A DNA stretch of 64,000 nucleotides. It comes from a virus (Duplodnaviria; Caudoviricetes). This document shows positions 1 to 10,415 of the stretch, piece by piece (position 1 is the first letter of the stretch; each line of letters starts with the position of its first letter). Made by a program: the position numbers and the translations under genes. Below the pieces are notes generated by a model that made no database searches, had not been told where the DNA came from, and saw only the letters and a program-made list of their open reading frames with translations. The stretch spans positions 1 to 64,000 of IMG/VR virus record IMGVR_UViG_2799112265_000001; one strand, 5' to 3'.

Positions 1-293
1 GTGGGTGGCGCGCGCGGCGCGGGTGCTGGGCGCGGCTGATGGCGCGCTCCAATCGCGCGGTGGGGGAGGCGCGCCGCGCGGTCGGAGCGCGCGGCTGGAG
101 GGGGAGGGCGCGCGAGCGGAGGCGCGCCGCGCGGTGGCCGCGCGCACCTAGGCGGGCGCGCGCGCCGACAGGGCGCGGTGCGCGGTCGACGGGGACGCGC
201 GCTCGGGGTGAGGTGACGTGAGGTGGCGCGGAGCGCGCCGCGCGGGTGACGGGCGCGCCCGGAGGGCTCGGGCGCGCATCACGTCACATCACG

Positions 294-2084
294 TCAGGCG
301 CTGGCGGGCGCGCTGTCGAGGTAGGCGGCGAGCTGCCTGTTGAGCGCGAGATCCGGGGTGCGCGCGTTGCGGTAGCTGTTGGCGAGCGCGGTCTGTCCGG
401 CCTTCACGAGAGCGTCGATGGCGTCGGGCCGCTGCGCCTCGACGTAGTTCTTCAGCTCGATCAGCGAAGGGTCGCCGGCCTCGGTGATCGGCCCAAGGTG
501 TTCACCGAGGGTGACGAACTTGAGGCGGGCCTGGGCGTCGGCTTCGGCGTACAGAGCGTTCAGCGCGACCTCTTTCGGCTTGTCCTTCTTCGTCGCTGCG
601 GGCTTCGCCGCCTGCGGCCAGGTGACCGGCTTGTCCTGCGGCTCCTCGGCCGCGCTGGTGTCCTCGGGTTCCTCGGCGGGCGCGGACTCCTCGGCCTGCG
701 GGTCCGGGGGCGGCGGCGCGTCGTCCTCGTCGGCGCCGGGCGGCTCCTCCACCTGCGCCCCGGCGTCGGTCTGCCCGGCGTCGCCCTCGGGGGCGGTCGG
801 GTTCTCGGCGCTCGGCGGGGTGCCCTCCTCCGGGGCGTGCTCCCGGTCCTGCCCGGCCTGGGGCTCCGGGGTGGGGTCCTCGCGGTGCTCGCGGGCCCCG
901 TCGTCCTGGGTGGCGTCGGGCGCGGGGGTGGAGCCGGTCTTCTCCCCGTCGTCTCCGCGCTTCTTGGCCTCCTCCTTGATGTGGTCCAGGCACCGGGTGA
1001 TCAGGGTGTTCGCGTCCAGGTCGCCCCACGTCTTCGTGAAGGCCGGGATGGTGGTGAGGTAGCGGGTGCCCCACGTTTCCCGGATGTCGCGGAGGCAGGA
1101 GTCCGGGTCGGTCGGGTTGGTGAGGGCCTCGTGGATGAGCTTCACGGCGGCCTTGCTGCTCAGGCTGGGCCGGTTGTCCTGCCCCTGGCGCTGCTCCTGC
1201 CCCTGGCGCTGGTTGTTCTGCTGCGGGGCGGGGGCGGACGGCTGCTGGTCCTGCTCGTCCAGGTAGGCGCCGGGCCGGGTCTCGTAGACCTGCCGTGCGG
1301 GGGCGGCCTCCTCGAATCCGAGGCGGCGCAGCAGGGCGTCGATGCTGAAGTCGGGGAACGGCTCGCTCTGGCCGGGCTGGACGTCCCAGTGCAGGGTTCG
1401 TACGCCGGTGAGGTGCGCCTCGCCGAGCCCGTGGAGTTCCACGATCGCGTCGACGGCGGCCGGGAGGTTCTTCTCGGCCTTGATCTTGCGGGTCTTCTCG
1501 CGGGTCGGTCGGTCGTTCTCGAACGCGGTCACGATCTCCTGCCGTGCGAGGAGCACGGTGGGGCCGGAGTGGCGGCGCAGCACCCACAGGATCTCGCCCC
1601 ACCGGTCCTTGGCCCGGTTCCACAGGTCGTTGTCGACGGTGATCGGGGTGTCGAGGGAGGGGGCGCGGCGCTTGTTTTCGCGGGCCTTGCGTTCGGCCCG
1701 GTGACGGGCGAACAGGGCTTGCTCGTCACTGAGCATGTCCCACAGGGTCGTCACGTTGTCGATCGTGATCATGTTCGGCTTGCCGTCGACGGGCGGCTGG
1801 GCGACGGCCCACCGGATGGCGTCGAGGATGTCCTGATAGCTGCCGTTGTGGGGAACGATCTCGTATCGCACGCCGGGGATGCGGCCGTAGTAGTCGGCGG
1901 TGCCCTCCGAGCCGCCTATCTCGATCCAGTACGTCATGCCGACCAGGTCGGACCGAGTGCCGAGGGCGGCCTCATAGCTCTTGCCGGACTTCTCCGGACC
2001 GGCCAGCAGGATCAGCGGGGGGTTGGGCCGGCCGGTCGGCTTCCGCGACTGGCGTTCGCGCATGGGCGTGAGGGTGTGCGGCAC
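294..2084 (-). CDS. AAA-domain ATPase (AAA_24/Sak4-like phage recombination protein) with acidic low-complexity C-terminal half
   Basis: Walker A GPEKSGKS, Walker B-like ITIDNVT; GTG start behind CGAAGGAACACCC RBS. Confidence 0.7.
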   Translation of the reverse strand: MPHTLTPMRERQSRKPTGRPNPPLILLAGPEKSGKSYEAALGTRSDLVGMTYWIEIGGSEGTADYYGRIPGVRYEIVPHNGSYQDILDAIRWAVAQPPVDGKPNMITIDNVTTLWDMLSDEQALFARHRAERKARENKRRAPSLDTPITVDNDLWNRAKDRWGEILWVLRRHSGPTVLLARQEIVTAFENDRPTREKTRKIKAEKNLPAAVDAIVELHGLGEAHLTGVRTLHWDVQPGQSEPFPDFSIDALLRRLGFEEAAPARQVYETRPGAYLDEQDQQPSAPAPQQNNQRQGQEQRQGQDNRPSLSSKAAVKLIHEALTNPTDPDSCLRDIRETWGTRYLTTIPAFTKTWGDLDANTLITRCLDHIKEEAKKRGDDGEKTGSTPAPDATQDDGAREHREDPTPEPQAGQDREHAPEEGTPPSAENPTAPEGDAGQTDAGAQVEEPPGADEDDAPPPPDPQAEESAPAEEPEDTSAAEEPQDKPVTWPQAAKPAATKKDKPKEVALNALYAEADAQARLKFVTLGEHLGPITEAGDPSLIELKNYVEAQRPDAIDALVKAGQTALANSYRNARTPDLALNRQLAAYLDSAPASA

Positions 2085-2203
2085 GGGTGTTCCTTCGTTC
2101 GCGGTGGGGTGCGCGGGTTGCTCTCCCGCGCAGGATGGAGCAGCGGAGGCGTTAACCTCTTGCTTCCGTCTGGTGTACCATCCTACCTCCCCGAAGGGGC
2201 TGA

Positions 2204-2611
2204 TCAATCCCCGGCCAGTAGGTTCCTGACGGGAGTTGACGTCTGCGGGTCGTGGTCCTCGCGGTGCCGGTCGTACCAGGCGTCCAGCGCCTCGTACCCG
2301 TCGAGGACGCTGCCGGCATCCGTGGCCGCGCTCCACTCTGCGACGTCGTCCGCGTAGTCCGCTTCGACGGTGTCCGGGTCGCGGCGGCCCAGCGCGGCGG
2401 CCAGATCCTCCCAGCCTGTGCCTCCGAGGGCCTCGGCCAGCACGATCCGATCCACGTACTCGACAGCCAGCAGCCGCAAGCGGCGGGCCTGGTCGATGCG
2501 TTCGGCGGGGGTGGAGTCCTCGGCGATCGCACCGAGCGTCTGCCGGGCCAGGTCGGACAGGTCGCGGACGGTGCGGGCTGCGCTGACACGGGCCAGGATC
2601 TCGGGGGTCAT
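2204..2611 (-). CDS. Hypothetical helical protein, possible HTH
   Basis: 135 aa ORF with protein-like composition; GTGWEDLAAALG resembles an HTH helix. Confidence 0.55.
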   Translation of the reverse strand: MTPEILARVSAARTVRDLSDLARQTLGAIAEDSTPAERIDQARRLRLLAVEYVDRIVLAEALGGTGWEDLAAALGRRDPDTVEADYADDVAEWSAATDAGSVLDGYEALDAWYDRHREDHDPQTSTPVRNLLAGD

Positions 2612-2689
2612 GGGGCAGATCCGATCATGCAGGCGGCGGGCGCCCCGGCCGGGGGCCCGCCGCGGTGAGGGGTGGGGGGCGGAGGCGAC

Positions 2690-3943
2690 TTATACCGTTA
2701 CGGGCCGCGCCAGACGCGCCAGGTCCTCGACCGTGAACTTCGTGGGCACGTCGACGCCGCGTGAACTGAGATCGGCGGCGTAGCGGTTCAGGAGCCGGGT
2801 GCGGACCTTACGGCCGTTCCCACCGGACTGCTGGAGCAACTTCCCCATGCCCACACCGCACAAGTCGCCGCCCGGGGCGAAGCGGTCGACCTCGCCGGCC
2901 TCCAGCGCGGTGACGACGACCTCGTACAACTCGTTCTCCGTCATCGGCTCCTGGAGATCGTCCTCGCCAGGCGTCTCCTCGGCGTCCTTCTGCTGGAAGG
3001 ACGGCTGAGGGGGCAGTGCCGGGGCGGCCTTCGCCTGAGGCGGGATGACGGCGGTCGGCCGCCGGGCAGGAAGCGCTGCCGGCGTCTCGGCGGGCTTCGT
3101 CTCCTCCGGCTCGGGCTCCGGCATCACCACCTCGGCGACGGGCGCCAGGGCGGGCAGCAGCTCCAGGGTGTCGGGGTCGATGTCCGCGGCTGCCAGGCCC
3201 GCCGCCGCGGTGTGCTCCAGGGGGATGCCGCTGCGGGCCAGGCGCAGCGGCAACAGGGACTCGACGGGGGCCTTGCGGCGCCACGCGCGCCCGTACCTGG
3301 CGTGTAGCGCAGCCGCGTAGACCAGCCGCTGCTGCTCCAGCCGGAGCACGGTCTCGTACGACTGCTGCTCCCACAACTTCATCCGCCGCCACAGCAGGAA
3401 GGTCGGCAGCGGGTTGAGGAACCAGCGGGAGAAGCGGACCTTGTCGAGCTTCTTGCGGCGGCCGGTGACGGCACCGATCCGCACGGCGTAGGTGTGCGCG
3501 GCGATCTCGGAGACGGCAGCCCACAGCAGGGACATCGAGCCGTGTGCGAACTTCGCCCACAGGGAGTCTCCGGAGGCCACGTTAAGGGCGCAGGTGACCA
3601 GGCTGAGCACCCACGGGACGAGCCGCGCCCACCACAAGGGCATGTCGAGCCGGATCAGCAGCAGATAGGCGCCGGTGAACACGGGGACGGCGGAGTCGAT
3701 GGCGGTCGGCAGCACCCATGGGTCGGTGAATCCCCAGTGCGCGGCCGCCGTGGACACGGCGTCGAAGGAGGCGTAGAAGCCGAGCCCGCCGACGCCGGCA
3801 CCGCCGAGGACGATGCCGGCCGCGCCGAGCCGCTCCCACCGGGTGAGCGGCGGGACCTTCGACACGGAGGTGAGTGCGGCCGGCTGGTCGGGGAGCGGCG
3901 GTTTCTCGGGAACCCGGCGGGTGCGGCGGGGCAACAGGCTCAA
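2690..3943 (-). CDS. DUF2637 / SpdA-like membrane protein of actinomycete mobile elements
   Basis: About four N-terminal hydrophobic segments, PTAID and RWFLNPLPTFLLWRRMKLWE motifs, Pro-rich linker; RBS CGAAAGGA. Confidence 0.7.
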   Translation of the reverse strand: MSLLPRRTRRVPEKPPLPDQPAALTSVSKVPPLTRWERLGAAGIVLGGAGVGGLGFYASFDAVSTAAAHWGFTDPWVLPTAIDSAVPVFTGAYLLLIRLDMPLWWARLVPWVLSLVTCALNVASGDSLWAKFAHGSMSLLWAAVSEIAAHTYAVRIGAVTGRRKKLDKVRFSRWFLNPLPTFLLWRRMKLWEQQSYETVLRLEQQRLVYAAALHARYGRAWRRKAPVESLLPLRLARSGIPLEHTAAAGLAAADIDPDTLELLPALAPVAEVVMPEPEPEETKPAETPAALPARRPTAVIPPQAKAAPALPPQPSFQQKDAEETPGEDDLQEPMTENELYEVVVTALEAGEVDRFAPGGDLCGVGMGKLLQQSGGNGRKVRTRLLNRYAADLSSRGVDVPTKFTVEDLARLARPVTV

Positions 3944-4086
3944 GGCGACGTCCTTTCGTTCGGGGTCCCACCGGACGACTTATGCTCGTCGCCGTCCGGG
4001 GTCGACCAAACGATATAGCGTCCTCCGCTCGACCGCGCGGATCTCCTCACGCGCTGTCAGGTATGCCCCCCTCTGGGAAGGTTCGG

Positions 4087-4908
4087 TTACCAGTCGAGCG
4101 GCCGCGCGGGCTTGCGCCGATCCGGGCCGAGCACCTTCACGAGGTGCGCGGACGACTCCAGCCGGGACAGCAGCCGCTCCCCGAGGATGTCCACCACCCC
4201 CATGGCGTTGGTCTGCGGGTTGCGGCGACTGCCCAGGTTCGTGGTGTAGGCGGTCGGCCGGCCCGACGAGATCCGCGCGTCGATCAGGTCGATGGTTTCC
4301 CGCCGTGCGAACTCGGTGGCGGTCACGTCCATCTCGCCGCACAGCTCGTCGAGGATCAGCAGATCGCACTCCACGAACATCTTGCGGATCTCCCACGCCT
4401 TCATGTTCCGGGGCGCGGAGTCCGGGCGACGCCACGTCAGATACGCCGAGTGCTTCACCAACAGCGTCCGCAGTCCGCGCTCCGCGGCTTCGTTGCCGAG
4501 CGCCATGACCGCGGTGGTCTTCCCGGTGCCGATGTTGCCCGGCACGATCAGGTTCAGCGTGCCGGGCCGGGCGCCGGTCTTCTTCGCCTCCACCAGGGAG
4601 CCCAGCCAGTTCCGCAGCGTGTTGGGCTTCTGGTTGGGGTCGAGGTCGTCGAACCGGAAACGCAGGTACTCCTCCTGCGCGGCGTCAGCCACGCTGATCT
4701 TCCAGGCGTTCCGCTTCGCGCGGGCCTGGGGGACGGCGACGTCCTCCCACAGGCCGTCCTCGCCGGGGGCGGGCGGCATGGGGACGTCGATCCGGGCCAG
4801 GTCGGCACCGTTGCGCTCCAGCACCTTGAGCAGGTGGTCGCTCAGCGAGCCGAGCCGGTTCAGGCCGCGCTCAGGGGCGGACACGGGGGCCTCCAGGGTG
4901 AGGGACAT
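4087..4908 (-). CDS. DnaC/IstB-like ATPase, putative helicase loader
   Basis: Walker A GNIGTGKT, Walker B LLILDEL, YTTN, and ERLLSRL arginine-finger region. Confidence 0.85.
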   Translation of the reverse strand: MSLTLEAPVSAPERGLNRLGSLSDHLLKVLERNGADLARIDVPMPPAPGEDGLWEDVAVPQARAKRNAWKISVADAAQEEYLRFRFDDLDPNQKPNTLRNWLGSLVEAKKTGARPGTLNLIVPGNIGTGKTTAVMALGNEAAERGLRTLLVKHSAYLTWRRPDSAPRNMKAWEIRKMFVECDLLILDELCGEMDVTATEFARRETIDLIDARISSGRPTAYTTNLGSRRNPQTNAMGVVDILGERLLSRLESSAHLVKVLGPDRRKPARPLDW

Positions 4909-4914
4909 GCGTGG

Positions 4915-5976
4915 TCACACTCCTTCCGGGCGGGCGACCACGCCGAAGGTGGCGTCGTCGGAGTCGTTGTTGGGCACCTTGACGATCGCCGTGCCGGTGC
5001 CGGTGCCGGTGGTCGGGTCCTGGTCCTGGCCGCCCCAGGTCGCGGAGTCGCTGTACGCGACGCGGCCCTGCGGCCGGGTGGGCTGGATGTGGTTGGTGGC
5101 GACCCCGAGCGCGTTCTGCCACTGCTGCGCGGACGGGAAGTGCTGCCGGGCGTGGATGAGCGCCTTCGCGCAGTTCTGCCGGGTGTAACCAGCGTCGAGG
5201 GCGCGGTGCACCATCTTGCGGACGGCGACGAATGCATTCTTCTGGCCGGCGTACTTCCCGAGGTGCTTCTCGGCGTGTTCCCACCACCACTTGGTGACCT
5301 CATCGGCCTCCGCGTCGAGGAGCGCGTCCTCAACCTGCTTCTGCTCGGCGGCCGCCGCCTTCGCCTCGGCCTCGGCTGCCTTCTGCGCAGGGGTCTTCCG
5401 GGGGGCGCGCGGCTTCCGTGCGGCCGGAGTCTTCGCGGGCGGCGTCTTGGTCGGGGTCGGCACCGGCACCGGCACCGGCTCGTCCTCGACCCCGGGAGCA
5501 TCGGCGGCCGGGCCATCGGGCGCGGCCGGCGCGTCGTCGGGGTCGGTGAATCCGTCGCTGCCCAGGGTGCCGTCCGGGTACTTCACTCGGAACGTGCCGT
5601 CCGGCTGCTGGACCACGGGGACGTCGAGCTTCTGCCCGAACGTCTCGTAGTCGGCGGCCCACTGTTCCACCGGGTGGTCGGAAACCGCGGTACCCATCAC
5701 GGTCTTGCCGTCAAGGAGGCGGCGGCGCTCCAGCCGGTAGTAGCCGTACTTGGCCAACCGGTGCAACGACTTGCGGATGGCGTCGCGTCCTTCGCGGCCT
5801 TCCCCCTTGCTGAGCTGCTCGGAGCGGACCGCCCATTCCTGGCTCTGGTCCCACAGGTAGGTGAGCAGTCCGAGGTCGCAGTACCGCAGGCGGGTGTCGC
5901 GGACGGTGTCCGAGACGATGTGGACGTACGGGGTCTTCTGCTTGTGGCGAGGGCCCCCGGCTGTGCTGGTGCTCAC
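4915..5976 (-). CDS. Phage/plasmid-type replication initiator with N-terminal winged HTH
   Basis: VRDTRL..DLGLLTYL..REGRDAIRKSLHRLAKYGY wHTH pattern; directly upstream of the DnaC-like gene. Confidence 0.65.
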   Translation of the reverse strand: MSTSTAGGPRHKQKTPYVHIVSDTVRDTRLRYCDLGLLTYLWDQSQEWAVRSEQLSKGEGREGRDAIRKSLHRLAKYGYYRLERRRLLDGKTVMGTAVSDHPVEQWAADYETFGQKLDVPVVQQPDGTFRVKYPDGTLGSDGFTDPDDAPAAPDGPAADAPGVEDEPVPVPVPTPTKTPPAKTPAARKPRAPRKTPAQKAAEAEAKAAAAEQKQVEDALLDAEADEVTKWWWEHAEKHLGKYAGQKNAFVAVRKMVHRALDAGYTRQNCAKALIHARQHFPSAQQWQNALGVATNHIQPTRPQGRVAYSDSATWGGQDQDPTTGTGTGTAIVKVPNNDSDDATFGVVARPEGV

Positions 5977-6269
5977 GCGGCGGCCTCGGAAGTGGTGCTG
6001 GCGGGGAGGAGACGCACGTAGGTGTGCCAGGTCTTGCGGTTCTTCGAGTGCCGCTCGTAGCGGCGCTCGCGCTCGGCCAGGCCGACGCGGCGCAGCTCGG
6101 CGAGCGGCATCCGGATCTCGTGGGACTTCATGCCGACGGCGGTGGCGACGTCCTGGCAGGAGATCCAGTCGTTGTCGGGGCGCAGGGCGAGTACGACGTA
6201 CAGACGGAATGCCCGGTCGGATATGTCGCTGGCAAGAACCGGGGTGATGGTGCTGGTGGGGATGGCCAT
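5973..6269 (-). CDS. Small winged-HTH protein
   Basis: ISDRAFRLYVVL..DVATAVG..LAELRRVGL; 4-nt overlap with the next gene. Confidence 0.65.
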   Translation of the reverse strand: MAIPTSTITPVLASDISDRAFRLYVVLALRPDNDWISCQDVATAVGMKSHEIRMPLAELRRVGLAERERRYERHSKNRKTWHTYVRLLPASTTSEAAA

Positions 6270-6330
6270 AGGAGTGGTGTCCTCGGGGAGAAGAAGGGCC
6301 CGGCCGCCGGGAAGGCCGGGCCCAGGGCGG

Positions 6331-6945
6331 TCAGTTCTGGGCGTCCTCGGCGGACGGCTGCGGGGGCGGCATGAGCTGCGGGGTGCCGCGCAGCAGGTGG
6401 TCGTACTCGCCCCGCTGCCAGGCCCGCAGCAGCCGGTTCTGGCCGACTTCCTTCTTCTCCCAGGTGAAGGTGACCGTGCCGGTGGCCTGGCCGCCCGGCT
6501 CGTACATCAGGCCGGGGATCTCCTCACCGTTGCGCTTGTCGAAGAACCGGCCGGTCTCCTCGTCCCGCTCGGCGTACCTCAGCAGCGCCTTGTCCCACGA
6601 CTGGCGGCGCCGGATCACGACCTCGGTGCCCTCGTGCCGCTCGGCGTACGCGTCGAGTTCGGCAACCTTGGCCGGATCGGGGTCGAAGACGATCTTCGGC
6701 TGGGTCTTGTTCACCGTGTACGTGCCGACGATTTCGTCTCCGGCCTTGATGACGACGCCGGTCTGACCGTGCTTCTCGTACGCGTCGACCAGCGCGCCCA
6801 GGGGGTCGTCGACGAGGGGCCCGAACACCGTCTTGTCCTGGCCCTCGCGGACCATGCGGGCCAGGGCGCCGAGCAACGCGCGTTCGTCGAGCTGAAGCGC
6901 GGGCGGCATGTTGGCGGTGCCGTCGTCGGTGACGTCGTGCGACAT
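6331..6945 (-). CDS. Hypothetical phage-like protein, first gene of the replication operon
   Basis: RBS AAGGAA before ATG; protein-like composition. Confidence 0.6.
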   Translation of the reverse strand: MSHDVTDDGTANMPPALQLDERALLGALARMVREGQDKTVFGPLVDDPLGALVDAYEKHGQTGVVIKAGDEIVGTYTVNKTQPKIVFDPDPAKVAELDAYAERHEGTEVVIRRRQSWDKALLRYAERDEETGRFFDKRNGEEIPGLMYEPGGQATGTVTFTWEKKEVGQNRLLRAWQRGEYDHLLRGTPQLMPPPQPSAEDAQN

Positions 6946-7414
6946 CGTGCGGTGTTCCTTTCTTTCCCCGGACACAGTCCCAGGGGGGCGGTTTCTCCCG
7001 GGCGGGGTGTTCGGGGCGTCGTAAGGAAGTACGACAACCGCCGAGATTTGTTACACCTAGGCCCAGGTAGCTGGGTTGCTCTCCCAACCACCTGAATAGT
7101 ACACCACTCGGAACCTTGCTGGTAGTGCCCCTCAGTGAATGTTTTTCAACGGCGGAAAACCCGTCACCGGACACAAGGCGCCAGCACCCTCTACCTTCCC
7201 GCTCGGCAGCGCACCGACCGGAGACGTCACCGGCTCCGGGGCGCCGCCCCGGAGCCGCCCCAACCGGAACGAAGGCGGCCCCGGACCGACCAGGGGCGGG
7301 GATCGGCCATGACGGCATGTCCCGCTTGCGAGGCGGGATGCTGCGGTAGAAGTCCGCAGGCTCGCAACCCCCGCCCCCGGCCGGAACCACCGACCGCGAG
7401 AGGACCGCCAGCCC

Positions 7415-8050
7415 GTGACCGCCGAGACGATCGCCGCACCCCGCTACATCTCGTACGTGCCGCTGACCGACCTCACGCCGGCACCCCGAAACCCCAAGCG
7501 GCACGAACTCGAACTCATCATCGCCTCGATCGACATGCACGGCCTGGTCGAGATCCCCGTGGTCGACGAACGCACCCAGACGACCCTCCACGGCCACGGC
7601 CGCCGCGAGTCCCTGCTCGAAATGCAGGCCAGGGGAATGCGCACACCCGGCGGCGTCCTCGTCGACGAGGACGGCGGCTGGCTCGTCCCGATCCTGCGCG
7701 GCTGGTCCTCCAAGTCGGACGCGGAGGCCGAGGCCCTGGCCATCAAGCTCAACCGGCTCCCCGGCGAAGGCGGATGGGACGCCCGCGAGTTCGCCGAAAT
7801 CCTCGAGGACTTGGCCACCAGCGACGCCGAGCTGTTCGACTCCCTCGCCATCCCTCACGACGAGATCGACCAGATGCTCCGCCAGGTCGACCCCGAGACC
7901 CTGCCCGGCGGCATCCGCGAGGACGAGCCGGCCACCCTCCACCTGCCCGACGACGGCGAACGCGACGGGCTCAGCCCGGACGACGACGGCCGCGACCCCC
8001 ACACGTCCTGTCCCGCCTGCGGGCACCTGTTCACCCCCGGCCGCCGCTGA
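7415..8050 (+). CDS. ParB/Srx-like N-terminal domain protein with C-terminal CxxC
   Basis: LTPAPRNPKRH..IIASIDMHG..PVVDE..GHGRRESL pattern; ends CPACGH; RBS GAGAGGA. Confidence 0.7.
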   Translation: MTAETIAAPRYISYVPLTDLTPAPRNPKRHELELIIASIDMHGLVEIPVVDERTQTTLHGHGRRESLLEMQARGMRTPGGVLVDEDGGWLVPILRGWSSKSDAEAEALAIKLNRLPGEGGWDAREFAEILEDLATSDAELFDSLAIPHDEIDQMLRQVDPETLPGGIREDEPATLHLPDDGERDGLSPDDDGRDPHTSCPACGHLFTPGRR

Positions 8051-8070
8051 CCCACCCCCGAGGTACGCGC

Positions 8071-8706
8071 ATGTCCCGCCGTAAGCCCCGCCGCCCAGCC
8101 CGCATCGGCCGCCCCCGCCTGCTGTCCGAGGAGGTCGAGGCGCGCCTCGTCGCGGCCTCCCGCACCGGTGTCGCCGTCGAACTGGCCGCCGAGATGGCCG
8201 GGATCTCCCGCTCCAGCTTCCTGGCGTGGATGGCCCGCGGCCGCGCCGAGGTAGAGGCCCGCGAGGAAGGCGAGACGCCGGACCCGGACGAGGAGGAGTA
8301 CGCGGCCCTGTACGAGAAGGTGCGCACCGCCCGGGCCACGGCCGGCGCCCGCGCCATGATGAACATCCGCCGCGTCGCCGACGGCGGGATCGTCACCAAG
8401 GTCACCACCCGACAGTTCAGGGACCAGGTCACCGGCGAGATCGTCACGGAGACCGTCGAGGACCGCACCGCCCCTGACTGGCGCGCGGACGCCTGGTACC
8501 TGGAACGGCAGCACCGCGAGCACTACGGCAAGGACGCCACCCTCGCGGTCGAGATCACCGGCCTCGGCAACCTCCCGGCCGCAGCCAACGAGGAGGACAC
8601 CGTCGACATGGTCGCGCTCACCGAGCGGCTGAACGCGTCGCTGTTTGCCGTCGAGTACCCGGAGCTGGAGTCCGGGGAGATCGTGGACGCCGAGGTCGTG
8701 GAGTGA
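8071..8706 (+). CDS. HTH protein, probable terminase small subunit
   Basis: GRPRLL..AAEMAGISRSSFLAW HTH and DWRADAWYLER motif; follows a ParB-like gene as in many phages. Confidence 0.55.
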   Translation: MSRRKPRRPARIGRPRLLSEEVEARLVAASRTGVAVELAAEMAGISRSSFLAWMARGRAEVEAREEGETPDPDEEEYAALYEKVRTARATAGARAMMNIRRVADGGIVTKVTTRQFRDQVTGEIVTETVEDRTAPDWRADAWYLERQHREHYGKDATLAVEITGLGNLPAAANEEDTVDMVALTERLNASLFAVEYPELESGEIVDAEVVE

Positions 8707-8740
8707 CGTCGATGTCGGTGGCGTCCCCTACGGTCCGAAT

Positions 8741-9358
8741 ATGACGACCACAGACACCGCCATCGCGGCGACCGCCGCCGGGATCAGCGCAATAGCCGGG
8801 GGGCTGGCATGGCACGCCTCCCGCAAGGCGAATGCGACGGCCGCCGCCGTGGCGCGGATCGAAGAGGACCGCTGGCACACCGAGTTGGTGCCCAACATCC
8901 AGCTCACCCGGAATGGCGACACGCTGGAGCTGACGTATGTGGGCCCGCCCACGCTGGGGCCGCTGCGCATCCGCCCCGAGATCCGCGACGATCGGGACCG
9001 CTCGGTCGACCGCGTACTGGCCGGCGGCCCCACGCGCGAGGAGCTGGCAGAGGTCATCTGGGGGCCCTGCCGCTTCCGGCCGGGCAACGAGGGAGCCGAC
9101 GAACGCGGGCGCACGACCGCGCCGTTCCGTCTCGAACCGGGGGACAGCCACAAGCTGGCCATCGACCCCTCGCCGCGGCCCTCGTGGATGGAGGGGGTCG
9201 ATGGTGAACGGCGGTGGCGCAGGGACTACCAGTCCGCGCCGATACGACTGTGGCTGATCTGCGAGGCGGACGGCCACAAGCCGTGGCGCCTCCCCGTCGA
9301 CGTACACCGCTTTGGAGCGGCCACCACGACCCCGGCCGACGGCACGACGCGACGCTAA
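8741..9358 (+). CDS. Hypothetical protein with N-terminal transmembrane helix, probably leaderless
   Basis: Hydrophobic N-terminus; TACGGT 6 nt before ATG and no RBS. Confidence 0.6.
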   Translation: MTTTDTAIAATAAGISAIAGGLAWHASRKANATAAAVARIEEDRWHTELVPNIQLTRNGDTLELTYVGPPTLGPLRIRPEIRDDRDRSVDRVLAGGPTREELAEVIWGPCRFRPGNEGADERGRTTAPFRLEPGDSHKLAIDPSPRPSWMEGVDGERRWRRDYQSAPIRLWLICEADGHKPWRLPVDVHRFGAATTTPADGTTRR

Positions 9359-9418
9359 CCTCCGGCGCCCTGCACGGTGCTGCCTCCTTGCTCACCTGCA
9401 CTGGAGGCAGCACCGGCC

Positions 9419-10357
9419 ATGGCCATACCCACCCTGTACCCGGACGCGATCCGCGGCTCGCACTACTACGGCGACCGCTACCAGGGCGACCTGATGACGC
9501 CCAACGTCCTCGTCCTGCACACCACCGAGGGGACGGACATCGTCTCCTATAGCAACGGGGCCGAAGCCCCCAACCTGACCGCGAAGCCGAACTTCAAGAC
9601 GAAGCGGTTCGACGTCTACCAGCACTTCCTCCTGAACCGGTCCGCGCGAGCCCTGGTCAACGCCCCCGGCGGAGTCGAGACCAACACCTGCAACGCCGCC
9701 CAGCTCGAACTGGTCGGCACGTGCGACCCCGCGCACAAGAACACCTGGGGGAAGCTCAAGGCCGGCGTCGACTACATCTACTGGCCCGACGCCCCCGAGT
9801 GGGCGTACGACGCCCTCGCGGACCTGATCGCGTGGATGCACCTCAACCTCGGCATCCCGCTCGTCGGTCCCGCCGACTGGCTGCCCTACCCGGCCTCCTA
9901 CGGCGCCACCAAGGCCCGTATGAGCTTCGCCCAGTGGAACGCCTTCAAGGGCATCTGCGGCCACCAGCACGTCCCGGAGAACTTCCACGGCGACCCCGGC
10001 AACCTGCCGTTCGCCAAGATCCTCACCAAGGCCAAGGCGATCGTCGCCAAGATCCTCGGCAAGGGTGGCTCCGGCTCCGGGGGCGGCACCTCGACCAAGC
10101 CGAAGCCGAAGCCGGTCCCGCCGGCGTTCCCCGGCCGGGACAAGTTCGGCCCCGGCAAGACGAACAAGTACATCAAGCAGCTCGGCGAGCGTGTCAGTGC
10201 CAAGGGGTACGGTCGGTTCTACAGCGTCGGCCCCTCCGAGAGCTGGGGCACCGCCGACCGGAACGCGGTCCGCGCCTTCCAGCTCGACCACGCCGAGCTG
10301 CGCGGCGACGCGGACGGCCTGCCCGGCCCGGCCACGTGGAAGCTCCTGTTCTCCTGA
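9419..10357 (+). CDS. N-acetylmuramoyl-L-alanine amidase (endolysin-like) with C-terminal peptidoglycan-binding domain
   Basis: [21 protein letters not shown] zinc motifs; [16 protein letters not shown] peptidoglycan-binding motif; GGAGG RBS. Confidence 0.85.
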   Translation: MAIPTLYPDAIRGSHYYGDRYQGDLMTPNVLVLHTTEGTDIVSYSNGAEAPNLTAKPNFKTKRFDVYQHFLLNRSARALVNAPGGVETNTCNAAQLELVGTCDPAHKNTWGKLKAGVDYIYWPDAPEWAYDALADLIAWMHLNLGIPLVGPADWLPYPASYGATKARMSFAQWNAFKGICGHQHVPENFHGDPGNLPFAKILTKAKAIVAKILGKGGSGSGGGTSTKPKPKPVPPAFPGRDKFGPGKTNKYIKQLGERVSAKGYGRFYSVGPSESWGTADRNAVRAFQLDHAELRGDADGLPGPATWKLLFS

Positions 10358-10415
10358 CCCGTTCCGGCCCGGCCCGCACACCCTGCGGGCCGGGCCCCAC
10401 CCTGAAAGGCCCCCT

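Noticed and set aside
4087-4908. IS21 element (IstB-like ATPase)
   Set aside because: No IstA transposase or terminal inverted repeats; context is a replication initiator operon.
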